From positions 24,614,001 through 24,678,000 of the forward strand of contig NC_083283.1 of the NCBI RefSeq assembly GCF_963506605.1: a DNA stretch of 64,000 nucleotides. Direction: 5' to 3'. The notes beneath the pieces were generated by a model that did not search any database, was not told the DNA's origin, and saw only the letters and a program-made list of their open reading frames with translations. The position numbers and the translations under genes are program-made. Shown piece by piece: positions 27,987 to 40,100 of the stretch (its first letter is position 1; every line of letters starts with the position of its first letter). The stretch is from Zootoca vivipara. Taxonomy: Eukaryota.

Positions 27987-30900
27987 GTAAAAAGGACATG
28001 TGGGTGTGTTTCCACATTTCACCAAAACTGCTTGACTGATTGAGGTGAACTTTTGACACAACATCACATACGAATGTCCAAAGGATATAGGAAAGTTTGC
28101 TAAGACAGATGTCACATCTCCACCAGGTAACCCCCCCCCCAAACCCCTGTTCCAGAATGCACCACTCAGCCAAAAGTGCATGCTGGGAAAAGAACCAGGT
28201 TACAAACCAGTGCCCTCTAGCGGCGGCTACACTGGTACTACACCTATAAAACCTTCCCTCTTCAACAGCACCTTGGCTCCCGTTTACATACTAGGCCGAA
28301 GCCTTTACAGACTAGCCCTAATGGAGGTACTGAGTCGCCAGGGTGGGGGGGTGGGGGGAGGAGGGGATGGGATAGGTCAGGACACGGTGGGACCAGTCAC
28401 AGGGATGAGTCGAGGGTGGGGGGAGAAGGGGGCATGATACGTCATGGGTTGGGACAGAGAGAGGGGAATCACAGGGATAACCCAGGGGTGGGGGGGAGGG
28501 GGCGGGATACATCATGGATCGGCACAGTGTGCGGGAAATCACAGGGATGAGCCACAGCAACGCGTGGCAGGGCCAGCCAGTTTCCTTTATAAGAGTACAT
28601 CAGATTTAATCACCACCTCCTATAGCCATATTGAAGTAAATTGTTTCTTTGGACCATTTTCTGTTGCTGAAAGAGCGTGTAGAATTTTTGGAGCTGCTTG
28701 ATGGGAAAGGTAAGAGTAAAATGTAAGGATTCTGGGCCCCATGATAAATTCGGTGTTACGTAAAAATGTTATGTGCTTGGTCATGGACAGAAGTCTCATA
28801 AAAAGGAATCATTGCATCAGATCTGTATTTTCCTAATGACTGAGATGAAGGCACAACATGGTTTTTCTCTTTCCTCCCCTCCATTCCCCATTTACTCCCA
28901 AAGGTCAGCAGAAGGACCTGAAATGGAACCTTGCAGTCATACAGATGTTCTCTTCTGAAGGAATGGACACTTTTATTCGTGTTCTGCAAAAGCTAAACAG
29001 CATCCTTATTCAGCCCTGGAGACTCCATGTCAACATGGGGACTACCCTTCACAGAGTCACTACGATTTCCATGGCCCGCTGCACCCTCACCCTCTTGAAG
29101 ACCATGTTGACCGAACTGCTGCGTGGAGGGTCCTTTGAGTTCAAAGATATGCGTATTCCTTCCGCACTTATTTCTTTACACATGCTCCTGTGTTCTATTC
29201 CCCTCTCGGGACGTTTAGACAGCGATGAACAAAAAATCCAGAATGACATTGTTGACATTTTGTTGACTTTTACCCAGGGGGTTAATGAGAAGCTAACCAT
29301 TTCGGAGGAAACGCTGGCCAATAACACTTGGTCGCTCATGCTAAAAGAGGTCCTCACTTCTGTTCTGAGAATTCCTGAAGGGTTTTTCTCTGGTCTTATA
29401 CTGCTTTCTGAGTTGCTGCCTCTGCCGCTTCCTATGCAAACCACCCAGGTATGTAAAAGCTACCAATTATTTGTAAAAGGCAGGGAAATTAAAAGACTGA
29501 TGAAGAGGATGGGTAGGTAAGAAATGACTGATAAAGAGTTGTGCAGTGGATCTGTCTGTTTGACAGATTGTATACCAACCTCCCTTAACCTGGTGCCCTC
29601 CAATGTAATTGGACTCCCATCAGCCCCAGCCAGCATAGTGGGATGATGGGAATCATAGTCCAGCCACATGTGGAGAGATGAGAGTTCCCCATCTCTCATT
29701 TAAAGGGCTGATAGAGGGGATTTGTCCTTTTGATGCTGGATGATGAGTGGGGATATTTCTCCTTAGCTGGGAGGCAATAACTCCATATATTGGAGCACAT
29801 ATATTGGCTACAGGGGTTTTCATGATTGCCTAAAGGGCACCAGGTAGTGTGCCTTGCATGCGGTGTTGGAGAAGAACTCTACGTTTTGGCACTCTCATAG
29901 AGTTATTTTGCTTTTCTGATAGGTCATTGAACCGCATGACATATCGGTGGCTCTCAACACTAGGAAACTGTGGAGCATGCATCTTCACGTTCAAGCGAAA
30001 TTGCTGCAAGAAATAGTACGGTCCTTCTCTGGCTCCACCTGCCTGCCTATTCAGCACATGCTGAGACGCATCTGTGTTCAGTTGTGTGACTTGGCTTCGC
30101 CAACTGCTCTCCTTATTATGAGGACTGTTTTGGATCTGCTTGTAGAAGATTTGCAAAGGTACGATTTTATACTTTCTCCTAAGGGTCTTTAAGTAGCAGT
30201 GCTAAGCTGGTGACCTTCAGAAGTTTTGGTATACGACTCTCACCATAGTTGTGCAGACTAAGAATGATGGGAGTTTTGTTGAAGGCTTCTGTAGAACCTT
30301 TGCATGTTGAGGCTGGAAAATGGGCTATGCCTCTCCTATCTCGTTCATGAATAGGCAGTGGCTGCCTTGGATTTAGGCCTTCTGTTTCTTTCCATGCATG
30401 GTGATGGGTCTTGAAGGATGGAGTTCTGTGATGGCTCCTCCAGCTGGGAAATCCTGAGGGCTGCAGTAAATTGCTGCAAGTATGGCATGAATGTGGCATG
30501 GAGAGGTAGGCATCATGCAGTTGGTGATAAGAGATGCCTCCACACATGGAGAGGGCTGAAATACAGCATTTCTTTTCAACACTTTGTTAGGCTTACTGAC
30601 TTTGGATCCCAAGTCAAACCTGTAGTGGTTATATCATCTTTGCTGGCAACTAGATACACAGTTGATTAATGACCACAACCTGAAAACTATCAAATTACAG
30701 TGGTACCTCGGGTTAAGAACTTAATTCATTCCAGAGTTCCGTTCTTAACCTGAAACGGTTCTTAACCTGAGGCGTGCTTTCGCTAATGGGGCTTCCTGTT
30801 GCCACTGCGCCGCTGGCGCGCGATTTCCGTTCTTATCCTGGGGCAAAGTTCTTAACCTGGAGCAACCACTTTCTGGTTAGTGGAGTTTGTAACCTGAAGC

Positions 30901-33900
30901 GTCTGTAATCCGAAGTAGCACTGTAATGGTAATAAGCTCATTTGTGACAAAGTCAGCGCCACTACNNNNNNNNNNNNNNNNNNNNNNNNNNNNNNNNNNN
31001 NNNNNNNNNNNNNNNNNNNNNNNNNNNNNNNNNNNNNNNNNNNNNNNNNNNNNNNNNNNNNNNNNNNNNNNNNNNNNNNNNNNNNNNNNNNNNNNNNNNN
31101 NNNNNNNNNNNNNNNNNNNNNNNNNNNNNNNNNNNNNNNNNNNNNNNNNNNNNNNNNNNNNNNNNNNAATTTCAGATCTGAAGGTTGTTTTGTCATAAAC
31201 ATGCATGCAGTGTATTTGTCTTTTCTAATAAGAGCACTGGTGTCACTTCAGCAACCCAGAAGACAAAGAGAAGCAATACACTGGCCAGACTGCCCGCTTG
31301 CTTGCGTTACTCGATGCCCTGGCTTCACACAAAGCTTGTAAACTGGCTATTTTGCACTTGATTAATGGAACTGTGAAAGGGGATGAGAAGTATGCTGAAG
31401 TTTTCCCAGAGCTTTTGTCTTTAATGCGAGCTGCAGGGGACAACATTATTCACCAGCAGTGTGCTGAGTTCTTGGCTTCTATTCTGCAGTCTCTCTGCGA
31501 TCAGGTAATTAAAAATGGAAATCTAAAGAACCCTTTAATTTCATTCTGTATTGATTGTGCACATGTTGTCATGCATATGCATCCATGGGCAGTGGGAGGG
31601 GGGGGCTGTCCTGGAAGGAGTGCAAGTCTCCCCTTAGCAAACAAGACAGGCTTGTCCAAGAAAATATGAAAAGGATGTCCCTACTCTCCATCTCCCCAGA
31701 ACACCTAGCCAGCATGCCTCCAAGGAAGGAGAAAAATATACATGGAGGAAAACCAATGTAAGCTAAAAGATGTGTGTATGTGTGTATAAACACTTGGTTT
31801 GTTTTCCAGATATAAATCTCCGCTCATATCAAATCTCAAGACACATTCCAGTTGGTTCTCTCTGGTCACACCCCTGAACAACTGTATTCAATAAAAACCT
31901 GTTCACCATTAATTCACAAATTGCACCAAGGCTGAATCTTCTTTCAGGAATGCATGAGTTGCACCAAGATTGTGTCCCTCTTCCTTTAATTGCATTCCTA
32001 AGTCTTATAAAACTATGCCATAACTATTTATTACCAAGCCAGGAAGAAGAACCTTGAAACAGTTTGGTTTCTGGCAGAGAGGGATTGTTGCTGCCATCAT
32101 CTCCTACCATAAACCTACCTCTCCTTTTTCAAACTAATTGCATATAGGCTATCTTTGCACAGCTATATAGTATCATCCCTATCCTCACTGAGGCTGGTGG
32201 GAGTTCATTGTCACCAAAGGGCCTCAGATTCCCAGTTCTTTTAGTAGCTGCACTCAAGAGCAGGTCGTTTCAAGTTCTGCTTTATAGAGCTTAATGAAAT
32301 GGCTGTTGAGTGACACTTCATGTTTCTTTACTAAATCCTTTTAAATAAGGTTGGGCAGGAATCAGAAATTAGTGCCCAAGAGATCTTTTGCAGGTCAGGA
32401 AACTTTTTCAGGAGGGGGCCAGTCCACTGTCCCTCAGACCTTGTGGGGGGCCGGACTATATTTTTGAAAAAAATAATGAACAAATTTCTATGCCCCACAA
32501 ATAACCCAGAGATGCATTTTAAATAAAAGGACACATTCTACTCATGTAAAAACACGCCGATTCCTGGACCGTCCACGGGCCGGATTGAGAGGGTGATTGG
32601 GCCACACCCGGCCCCCGGGCCTTAGTTTGCCTACCCATGGCTTAACAGGGTGTGAACAGCACTCCCTATGCTGCATGGCAGACATTGCAGCTGTGGACAG
32701 TCTGTGGACAGTAACTGTAAAGTCCTGTGGTGTGTGATAGTAGAGCTTTGCTTTTTTAAAAACCCCACTCGGTTGGTCCAAGCTCTAAAGTGGCTTTAGA
32801 GGGATGCCTGTGTGCCTTTCTGCCTTTTGTAATGCTGTGATTTCTCTTTGCAGGACATTGCATTGGTCTTGCCCAGTTCCACGGAGAGCACACTCTCTGA
32901 ATTGGAGCAGCTTTCAAATTCGTTGCCAAGCAAGGAACTCATGACTTCCATCTGTGACTGCCTGATGGAGACGTTTTCTAATGCTGAAAGCAGCTATAAC
33001 TGTTTGCTGACTTGTATCAGGACAATGATGTTCCTTACCGAGCATGATTATGGATTCTATCACCTGAAGAGGTACATTCCACAAACATACTCACACCGCA
33101 AAAATGTTTAGTTCAGCTCACTCCCCCCCCCCCCCCTGGGGCTTACAAAGCAGAAGATTGTGCTTAATGTAATGTCAAATTTCACAGGCAATGGTAACAG
33201 CAAGAACATACCAGTGTGGCATTTTTTGGTGCTGTTAATTTTCTCTTTCCCTTGGAAAGAATTGTTCAAAGCTAACTGTATAATAAAACACTCAATTTGC
33301 AAAGTCCTTAAAAAAATTGATCTGGCAGTGTTCTTTTGTGAAGATGTTAATTAGGGCTGCTGGCTGATTAAAGAAACCTTAGTCAATTCATCACATGGGT
33401 TTCATTAAGTCATCAGATTTGCTTTAATGTGCATGTGATTGAGCTACAGTTCTGAACAAAGCATCATTGCTTTATTTCAGGTAGTGTCTGATATGACGTA
33501 AAAGGTATTATCTTAGAAGATGTATTCCCTCCTATATGTTTTGGATTTAAAACATTTTTAAAATGCTGTTTAATTAATCAATCAAATACATCCTTTTAAT
33601 TAACTGAAACATTAAAATACATATAAATTCATTCAGTTGTGTTTCTGAAACTGCCTATGTTTTAAATGCTATAGATCTATTAATCATATTTTTTTCATAT
33701 GCTGTGTCAAAAACTGGATTGTTAACAACCTTTTTCTTTGAAACGAAAACAGCTCTCTAAGAAAACACTGTGGTGCTCTGCACACAGGATTGAAGCGAGT
33801 AGTGAGCAGCTTTAATAAGGACCCTGGAGAACTTGCGTCTTCTTTTCTGGATTTCATGAGGCAGATACTGAATTCTGATACACTGGTGAGTAAATGTGTA

Positions 33901-34141
33901 CAGAGGACTTACTGAAGCTTTGCCTTTGTTGCATTCTGTTGCGTTTCAGCTCAGGAAAAGTAGCTGCAGTTTTCTTTAAAGTGTACAGCTGCAATACTTC
34001 CATCAGATGATAGAAATTATGGTTCTCTAACAGAATCCCAAAGGGCCAATTTTATTTATTTATTAATTATGCGAGAGGATTTATTTCCTACTTTTCTATT
34101 ACAATAATAATACCCAAGGTGGCTTACATCAGTTTAAAAAT

Positions 34142-34185
<44 letters not shown>

Positions 34186-37100
34186 AACAACAAATAAGTA
34201 AACATTAAATCAGTAAAAACAGAATATAGTTTGCAGCAGGTGAAAACAAAGGAAAGGTGAAAACCATTCATCCTGGTAGGTTATGTGTTGGCAGGGATAA
34301 AAATTCCTTAGTAGAGTAGTGAAAAGCCATGAGAGAGACAGAGAGTTCTAGAAAGAAACGTTTCAAGCTGGTTTTACAGGGAGATGTAAAAAAAAAAATG
34401 TCATCAGTTAACCGCATTATGGTGCTGTGGTGTTATTGCTTGTGTACTCACGTGGTGTACTTAATCTTCCTTAGGGATGTTGTGGGGATGACGGAAGTCT
34501 TGCCGAAGTAGATGGAGCCCACCCTGCCAGAACTTTGGGTCTTACTACTGCAGAATTAAAATACCAATTACAAAACAAAGAAGAAACTCCTGAAAATCTG
34601 CTCCTCGAGCTGGAAAAGCTAGTTTTGGTAATGTAATGTTCATATTTTTTGGTGTCAGTGCCAGATGTTTGAGAGTTGGGAGTCTGTTAGTTTCTCATTG
34701 CTACTGTTCTGATTTGATTGTAATGCATTTTCTATGTCTTTTTAAACATTTGTGTATGTATTCATTTTTATGCAGTGTTTTTGAACACTGCCCGTGTATC
34801 TTAACTCGATGACAGTCAGGCTACAAATATTAATAATTATAATTTGTAATGAGTGATAAAAATAGGATGATTGTGTTGCCACTTTTTAGTACTGTTAGGA
34901 ATGATCACTGTGTTTATTGGTTATGCATATTAAGCTTGTTGTTGTTTAGTCGTTTAGTCGTGTCCGACTCTTCGTGACCCCATGGACCATATTAAGCTTA
35001 GCTTTACATAAAATTATCCAGCTATAATAAGGGGACGCAGGTGGCGCTGTGGGTTAAACCACAGAGTCTAGAGCTTGCCGATCAGAAGGTCGGTGGTTCA
35101 AATCCCTGCAACGGGGTGAGCTCCCATTGCTCGGTCCCAGCTCCTGCCAACCTAGCAGTTCGAAAGCACGTCAAAGTGCAAGTAGATAAATAGGTACTGC
35201 TCTGGCGGGAAGGTAAACGGCGTTTCCGTGTGCTGCTCTGGTTCGCCAGAAGCGGCTTTGTCATGCTGGCCACATGACCTGGAAGCTGTACGCCGGCTCC
35301 CTCGGCCAATAATGTGAGATGAGCGCCGCAACCCCAGAGTCAGTCACGACTGGACCTAATGCTCAGGGGTCCCTTTAACTTTTACCTCTTGAACTTATTT
35401 ATTACATTTTTCCTGCCCTTCCTCCCATGTCCAACTGGCTCCACCATGTACAATTGGTTTCTCAGTAGCCCTGTACATATACCGGATAACACTTCAGGCA
35501 CCTGATTGACCGGGGCCTCGTCCACAAAAGTGTACACTATAATAAATCTGAGTAGACCTATTGAAATCAGTCCATTGATTTCAGTATGACTGACTTTGGA
35601 TATCACTCACATTCTTTAAGGTGCCACAAGATTCTCTGGGTTGTATCCAGTGCAAGTTAAGCCCTTGGTAGACCCATTGAAATTAATGGACATGACTAAG
35701 GTTGATTAATGTCTACTCTGCACATGATTTAGCTGCATACAACCCTATGTTTTTGCCACAGTGGTCTAATTACTGTGCCGTATGTCCATGATGTCAATTG
35801 AACATGTATTTATTGAAAGAGTTGCTGCTAGTTTGCTGCATCTGATCAGATGGCAAAAATGCTTAAATTTTGCCTGAGCTGTCAGTGATTGCAGTGTTCC
35901 TTACACAGGAGCGCTCAAAAGAAGATGACAGTCTGGAATCTTTATTGGACAATGTTGTTGGACTTCGGCAGATGCTGGAATCTGCTGGTGATCCTTGTCC
36001 ACTGAGTGACCAAGATGTAGAGCCAATCCTTCCTGGACCAGAATCTCTCCAGCATCTTTTTAATAATAGGTAAAGTGCTGAATGTGCATCTGTGTCTGTG
36101 AAGAACTAGAATCTCTGAAAACCAGGGGTGGGGTGGTATATTTGGGACCGTGTTTAACTTCATGCATTTATCTTTAGAAGCTCTATGCATTACAACAGAG
36201 ATTACCCAGTTCTGAGAGTTGCCCAATTCTTTCAAGATCTTGTGGCACAAGTATTGCACAAGTATGATGGATGTGCTTCTTTGTCAATTGTGATCTCTCC
36301 CCTTCTTTTTGTCAACATTGCTAAATGTCTCTTCTCTTCTGGTCCTTCATTTGGAAAGAATAGGCGTTGAGGAGTCCAGCTTTCTTTTTATCATTGATCA
36401 GTGTCTTTCTTGAACAAAACGTAGACTCAACGTGTCCTTTTCATTTGTCTTGTTTTAAACATACATAAAATTGTGCACCATTGCTTATCACAGTATTGCT
36501 TTATCACAGTGTTGATTGTGAACAGTGTCCCTGGACAGATAGAAGGACGGGGCGTATGTTTTTAAAATAACAAAATAGTGTACCAATTGCTAAACAAAAT
36601 ACAGATGTGATACGGTCCCTGTCCTAGAAGGCTGTCAGGCTGTATTTGATGACATAGGAAAGTGCTTGATAGACATTGCAAAGAATAGGAGACAAGAGCA
36701 CCTGGTCATAGCAGAGGTGCAAGTCATGTTCTCCATTGGGAATTAGGATGCTCCAAGTGGGATTGTGCTCTTCCTACTGCTTGAGGAAGGAAGTGGTGAA
36801 GCCATGGTCCTTTAGGAAACGTTTTATTGCAGGAGTGGATGATGAATACCAGTGGGTAACATTTATTTCATATAGAGACAGCTAACACTGACCCCTATTT
36901 TTAAAAAATTACATTTAATATTACAGGACTGCATACATCTTGGCAGATGTCATGGATGACCAGCTGAAATCTATGTGGTTCTCACCATTCCAGGCTGAAG
37001 AAATTGAAACTGACCCTGACATGGTAAAAGTCTGGAGTTTTTAATACTTGAGTGGGTGGGGACTGGAGCATTTATAGCTTAATTGTCAGCAGTATTTTTG

Positions 37101-40100
37101 AGACCCCATTCATAGTGTAAGCAACAAAGAGTTAGGCTGTTAGGAATGTAGATGGATAAAAATGGGCTACTCATTTAGCAGCAGCCTTCCAAAAGTGTTT
37201 CCTGTTTGGGGATGCTGACAGTTGTCTGGGGGAATGATTAAAGTGGAATGAATTTCTCACTTTTACAGGTAAAGGTTGACTTAATTGAACTGTCGGAAAA
37301 AGGATGCAGCGACTTCGACCTGCAGGCAGAGCTGGAGAGGTCGTTTTTGACAGAGCCTACTTCTCCGGGTCGGACAAAAACCACAAAAGGCTTTAAACTT
37401 GGAAAACACAAGCACGAGACGTTTATAACGTCCAGGTAACTAGTGGTTTTGATTGTGACTGTGTGCCTAAAGGTGGATTTCGATTTTGCCACTGCACTGG
37501 TGATGTATTTGTAATCACGGCATAGTGGGATCCAAGTTGATTTGAGTCACTTGAAAGGGTCCTTCCCACGAGTCATTCTGCTGCAGCACTCCCTTTGAAA
37601 AAAAAAGATTTTACATGAACAGATTTTGCTGGTGCAAGGGAAGGGAGTGGAGGAGGAATGGTTCCTGTGAATGATAGAACCAACATGGGTTATAAAAGGT
37701 AGAATCTTGTTCTACCCAGAAGAAATTTACAAGAGCCTGGGTTGGAAAAAAGCATCTTACATCCTCTAAAATGCTGCAAACAGGTGTGCCAGAGCAAAAA
37801 CAAGAAAATTGACTGTGATAGGAACCTTAGAAGGCAACACCTTTTTGCATATTTTGCCATATAATAAGGTGGTACACATCAGAAGTCAGAAGTCTGCCAT
37901 CATCCTAGAAAGAGACTTAAGTAACTTAATTCCTGGAGCCAAGGGATGAGGGCGTTAAAACTAAATTCTTAAGTCACAAATGGGCAACCTTCAGCTCAGG
38001 TGCCACATGGGGTCCTTGAACCTCTTGAAATTGCCCCCTTTTCCCATCCCACCCCAGTTACTTCCTTTCATTTTGTTCTTTTTACCCATGTATTTTTAAG
38101 TGGTCTAGCCTTATTCCTATGTAGTTTCAGTGCAATTGGAAGGGGCAGAATTGTATTTGATAAAAATTTGTTTTTGACTTCTTTCATGGTTGGTATGGCT
38201 TGGGGAAAAGAAAAGTTTCCCTCCCAGCTGCCTGAGAACAAACTGTTAGGTTTCTGCCATATATGTATATGGAGAGAATGGTTTGGTATCGAACACTATG
38301 CCAAACTATACCTTAGCTTGATGTTGGTTTTCCAGTGAGGAGGTTATGGCCTCTGAGGTCCTCTTTTTTCTGTTGCTGTGACATGAATTGGCTCAGCAGA
38401 TTGTCTGAACCTGGTTTCTTGGTTTGTCTAGCTCCAGACAAACCACAAACCTGGGTTTGGAGAAGAAACTAGCCTGACCGTGGCTTTGCTTGCAGCAGGA
38501 CAAGGGGAGGTGCATATTGGCTGTGATCTTTTCTTTCTCAAGTCTGACACTTGTGCGATTGTACTAAGCCACTGGTCTTCAGCTGGTGGGTCAGAACCCA
38601 CTAGTAGGTCATATGACCTGTTCCAAGGTGGATTGCAACAGGTGCATTGCCACCATGTAGATAAATACATGGTGAATAATTAAGAAATGTGTCCTCAAGT
38701 GCATGTTTGGATGCAAAATGCATCCTGGGTTTGAAAAGGTTGAAGATACCTGCACTGCTATTCACAAAGGAATTACTTTTAATTTCCAGAAGAGTCATGC
38801 TGTACTAAAAAAACCACCCTCTATATACTAATATGCGAGTAACTCTGTCAAATCTAATCTGGCTACCTTGAATCTGAAAATTCAAAAATTGAAAATTGAA
38901 GCAGGGATGTCTTTATTCCAAATTATTTAATCCAGAACGTTTTTGTCTTTGGCTGTGCCTATCATTGGTTTAAGCTCCAGCAACCACCATGCTGTTTGGA
39001 TTAATTGCCACTACAAATTTTGACTGAACAACACACACTAATGCAGATGAATAGTGAGAGACAGGATAAGGGCTTAGAAAGGATAGGAGAAAGAGACGTA
39101 TTTGCAAATGGCATGTCCTTATGGTTCTTCTGGCTTGTGAAGAATTGGTAAAGGTTCACATTCTCCTGTATATGTTAATACCTGTGTCCTGCTAAACAAA
39201 GTACCTCTTGTTAATGAATTTACCATGCGAAACTTCTGGGCCTTAACAGTGGGAAGTCTGAATACATCGAACCTGCCAAGAGGGCCCATATTGTGCCTCC
39301 TCCGAGAGGAAGAGGCAGGGGAGCATTTGGCCAAGGCATTCGGCCCCACGATATCTTCCGCCAGAGGAAGCAGAACACAAGCAGACCACCCTCTATGCAC
39401 GTTGACGACTTTGTGGCTGCTGAGAGCAAGGAAGTGGTTCCACCAGATGGGATACAGCCTCCCAAGAGACCGCCTAAAGTTTCACAGAAGATCTCTTCAC
39501 GGGGCGGGTTCTCAGGGAATCGAGGAGGGCGAGGAGCCTTTCACAGTCCAAATAGATTCTTCACGCCACCTGCTTCAAAAGGTAGGTTTTCTGGTCCACC
39601 TGAAATATATGAGCTTTATGCCTTCTGGAGTAGAGATTTCAGGTTCCATTCGTTCAGCGTGTTCCTTAAAGCAAAGTTAGTTGTAGCACTTCTGCTACTA
39701 TTCACCATTGCAGCTATCTTTTTGGGGGTTTAGAGTCATGGAATTGTAGAGTTGGAAAGGATCTTGAGGATCATCTAGTCCAACCCCTTGCAATGCAGGA
39801 ATATGCAGCTGTCCTTTACAGGGATTGAATGTGCAACCTTGGCGTTATCAGCACCATGCTAACCAGTTGAGCTATCTCAGGCTTTGGCCTTCTAGCTGCA
39901 GCCCCCTACAAACTGAGATGTTGTATATATATATATAAAGTTTGATGTTCTTTGATTCTCCAAACAAACCTGTTGCTGTCCCCATTTTACAGATGGGGAA
40001 TTGAGAGGTAGAAGGAATGGCTTGTTCAAGACTGCTCAGCGTGTCCATGATAAATTTAGAACTTGGGCCTCCCAAATTAGAGCCCAGCATTTTGGCTGCC

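Noticed and set aside
30852-31206. ORFs spanning X runs
   Set aside because: Artefacts of the N gap.
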